Origin: Scyliorhinus canicula
Lineage: Eukaryota
Direction of reading: 5' to 3'
Length of the DNA: 64,000 nucleotides
Assembly: GCF_902713615.1 (NCBI RefSeq)
Contig: NC_052154.1
Location: 34,090,322-34,154,321, forward strand
In this document: positions 61,300-64,000 of the stretch, piece after piece
Layout of the letters: each line of letters opens with the position of its first letter
How positions within the stretch are numbered: the stretch's first letter is position 1
Translations under genes and position numbers: made by a program
Notes under the pieces: generated by a model
Told to the model about the DNA's origin: nothing
The model's database searches: none
The model's input: only the letters and a program-made list of their open reading frames with translations

Positions 61300-63210
61300 T
61301 TAGTGAACACATAATCTAAGTATGGCAACCCATGATGGTTTTATAGTGACTTCGGGGTCCAAAGCTCATCGCATTACTCGGTCTTAGCATCATACTCAAA
61401 ACTGACAAGGGAGGACGAATATATGGCCTGAAGGCAGTGATGTGAGATGTCAAGGTTGAACAATCACTGATACAAACTGTCTACCTCCCTCAAAATTAAG
61501 TCAAAATACTGAATGTATAGTTATATTGAGTAGACCAAACCTATAAACAATGATGTGACTTTATGTAATTTAAAAACAAAGTAACTCACTCCAAGTGACC
61601 AGGGAGGAGTAACAGGAATCTTCAGATAATCTGTCCAACGCATCAAGTCATTAATAAGGGTGTGATTTAATACCAATTACATCAGATTTTGAGATGATGT
61701 GCTCAAGATATCAACAATGGAGATACCAAAATATTAATTCATCACTGAAACAAGAAACAGAAACAAACTTTAATCAGAGGGATGGTCCCACAAGTAACTG
61801 ATGATTACATGTACTGGATTGCTCCAGAATCCCGAATAAGACATAAAAAAACCATCCTGGGAGATATTTGGATGTGCAAACGCGGTTGTCAACTCAGTAG
61901 AATTATTCAAACTGAACACTTACTCCTCTTGGGTGTCTATAGAAGTGGGAAAGGGGTTATGGTACGGAGCTTATGGGACTGAGCATGCACTGACCATGTA
62001 GATTTACAGGGTGAAGGGCTCTTAGAATCACTTACCCGAACAAATCCCGGGGTAATTAAAGCCACTCGGACACAGGCCAAAGCAAGGACGTCTGATAGTT
62101 TAGCTTGAGATCTGCTAGTGGATGTTCGTTCAGACATTGGGGATTTAATTTCGGCACTATTCTTCAACACTTATTTGTCTCCCTGTACAAAATAAATGTT
62201 CTTACTGTCCACTGAGCCAGACATGAATTGGTAGTCACTGAACCAAGTGGGGCACAGAGAAAGGAGCTATAAAATTTATCATGTCTGTTCCAGAGGAAAG
62301 CGTAGCTAACAGGATTTCTGAGGACAGTTATAGATTTAAATCAATGGGGACAGAGAAAGGGGGCTGGGTTTACCGAGCCGGGTCTACATAGCCCATAAGT
62401 AGGGCCTGATGTACGTAAGCACTACAGAATGCTGCTCAGAATCGGAACATTATATGTCAGTCCTTTGAGTCTCTACACAACAACAGCAAAATAATTGTTG
62501 ACATCTTACTAATAGAGGAGGTATTTAAAGCGTTCCAATTGGACCCCACCTAGTGATGCATAATTCGCCCAGAGACAGATATAACCTCTGGGGGCTTACT
62601 TTGTTAAAGCAATTAATTTTTGATTACAAGTTACAGATTCGCTGACCTGTATTAAAAAATTCAGGTTACTCGTTTGGTGCCTGGTGGAATGACTCACTAT
62701 ATATCGACAACACTCCAGGGTAGGAGATCTGACAAGCCATGCAGAGAGCTGCAGAAATGGTTCAGGATTATGCCAGAAGCTCCAAAGAACAGACCCATAG
62801 GGAATGATTACAGGTGAGCCTAGCTGCCCAACTTCCACCAGACTGAAACAATCAGGGACACACCATTGGTGGGATTTATTTATTCCGGGAACTGCAGGAA
62901 ATCATTTAACTAGCTGGTGGGAAATAACCAGGATAGGGATGACAATTGGCAAGGTAATATTACTCTTATGGATAACCATTCTGTGCTTCCTGCAGTGTAA
63001 AAAGCATAAGGTCACAGTCACACCCCATCATGCACCTATGGCACCTTTGCAAGTGGAAAAGGGGGAAGGATTACTTTAAAAAAATTTTAGCAGCTGACAT
63101 TTATAGCAGGTAGTTTAGGATGCCTCACGGTACCCAAAGGACTGGCCAGTATTCTCAATACCGAATTAGCCCGTTTGGGTAAAACCAAGGGACAGACAGG
63201 AGGGACTGAA
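61300..63210 (+). pseudogene. Degraded env-like gene of the ERV, with PPT
   Basis: RIRHKK|TILGDI basic site, then GCANAVVNSVELFKLN after a frameshift; WWDLF...WWEI; TM IGKVILLLWITILCFL; short tail; purine run ACAGGAGGGAC before TG near 63207. Confidence 0.5.
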
Positions 63211-63369
63211 GAAGACAATTTGTGCATCATTTTATACTAGATAGTACACTGCAAACATTTAAAAACCTACAGTTTCACCATTTTCCTGGGAAGTAGAATT
63301 CTTCAATTCAGATGAAGAAATCACTTTGTGTAACAGATATTACAAGGACAGTTTGTCTCTGAGAAGCCA

Positions 63370-64000
63370 ACTTCAGACAGATTGGAAAGCTGCCACCCAG
63401 GTTGATAGAGTTGTTAAGAAGGCGTACGGTGTGTTAGCTTTTATTGGTAGAGGGATTGAGTTTCGGAGCCATGAGGTCATGTTGCAGCTGTACAAAACTC
63501 TGGTGCGGCCGCATTTGGAGTATTGCGTGCAGTTCTGGTCGCCGCATTATAGGAAGGATGTGGAAGCATTGGAAAGGGTGCAGAGGAGATTTACCAGAAT
63601 GTTGCCTGGTATGGAGGGAAGATCTTATGAGGAAAGGCTGAAGGACTTGAGACTGTTTTTGTGAGAGAGAAGAAGGTTAAGAGGTGACTTAATTGAGGCA
63701 TACAAGATAATCAGAGGATTAGATAGGGTGGACAGTGAGAGCCTTTTTCCTCGAATGGTGATGGCTAGCACGAGGGGGCATAGCTTTAAATTGAGGGGAG
63801 ATAGATATAGGACAGATGTCAGAGGTGGGTTCTTTACTCGGAGAGTAGTAGGGGCGTGGAATGCCCTGCCTGCAACAGTAGTGGACTCCCCAACATTAAG
63901 GGCATTTAAATGGTCATTGGATAGGCATATGGATGATAAGGGAATAGTGTGGATGGGCTTGAGAATGGTTTCACAGGTCGGTGCAACATCGAGGGCTGAA
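63370..64000 (+). mobile_element. CR1 LINE 3' end
   Basis: VDRVVKKAYGVLAFI...LYKTLVRPHLEYCVQFWSP...LERVQRRFTRM; 3' UTR CAACATCGAGGGCTGAA. Confidence 0.95.

Overview
Vertebrate genomic DNA, most likely a shark: it carries HE1-type V-SINEs, Deu-SINE remnants, CR1, Rex1/Babar and L1 LINEs, and Harbinger elements (organism inferred, not confirmed). The only host gene seen is a six-exon cytosolic sulfotransferase on the minus strand (ATG 8280, last exon runs off the window start; SULT5A1/SULT2-like, all junctions GT-AG and in phase). The remaining ~55 kb is nested, mostly decayed transposable elements. The most notable feature is a set of three pol-less Gypsy-derived LTR elements that keep Gypsy termini but carry other content in place of pol. 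One holds an intronless NAP1L1 histone-chaperone fragment (~44.2-45.2 kb), one an open 680-codon ORF built from in-frame repeats (57.2-59.2 kb), and one an acidic-then-basic remnant (10.5-11.3 kb). Also noted: a Gypsy family with no tRNA primer site but an LTR-complementary leader and a YLDN RT motif, CTCF-like motifs in most LTR families, YY1 and NRF1 motif arrays inside gag regions, modular SINEs whose tail resembles the Rex1 3' end, and a degraded ERV with an atypical env. Repeat boundaries without a stated TSD are approximate.
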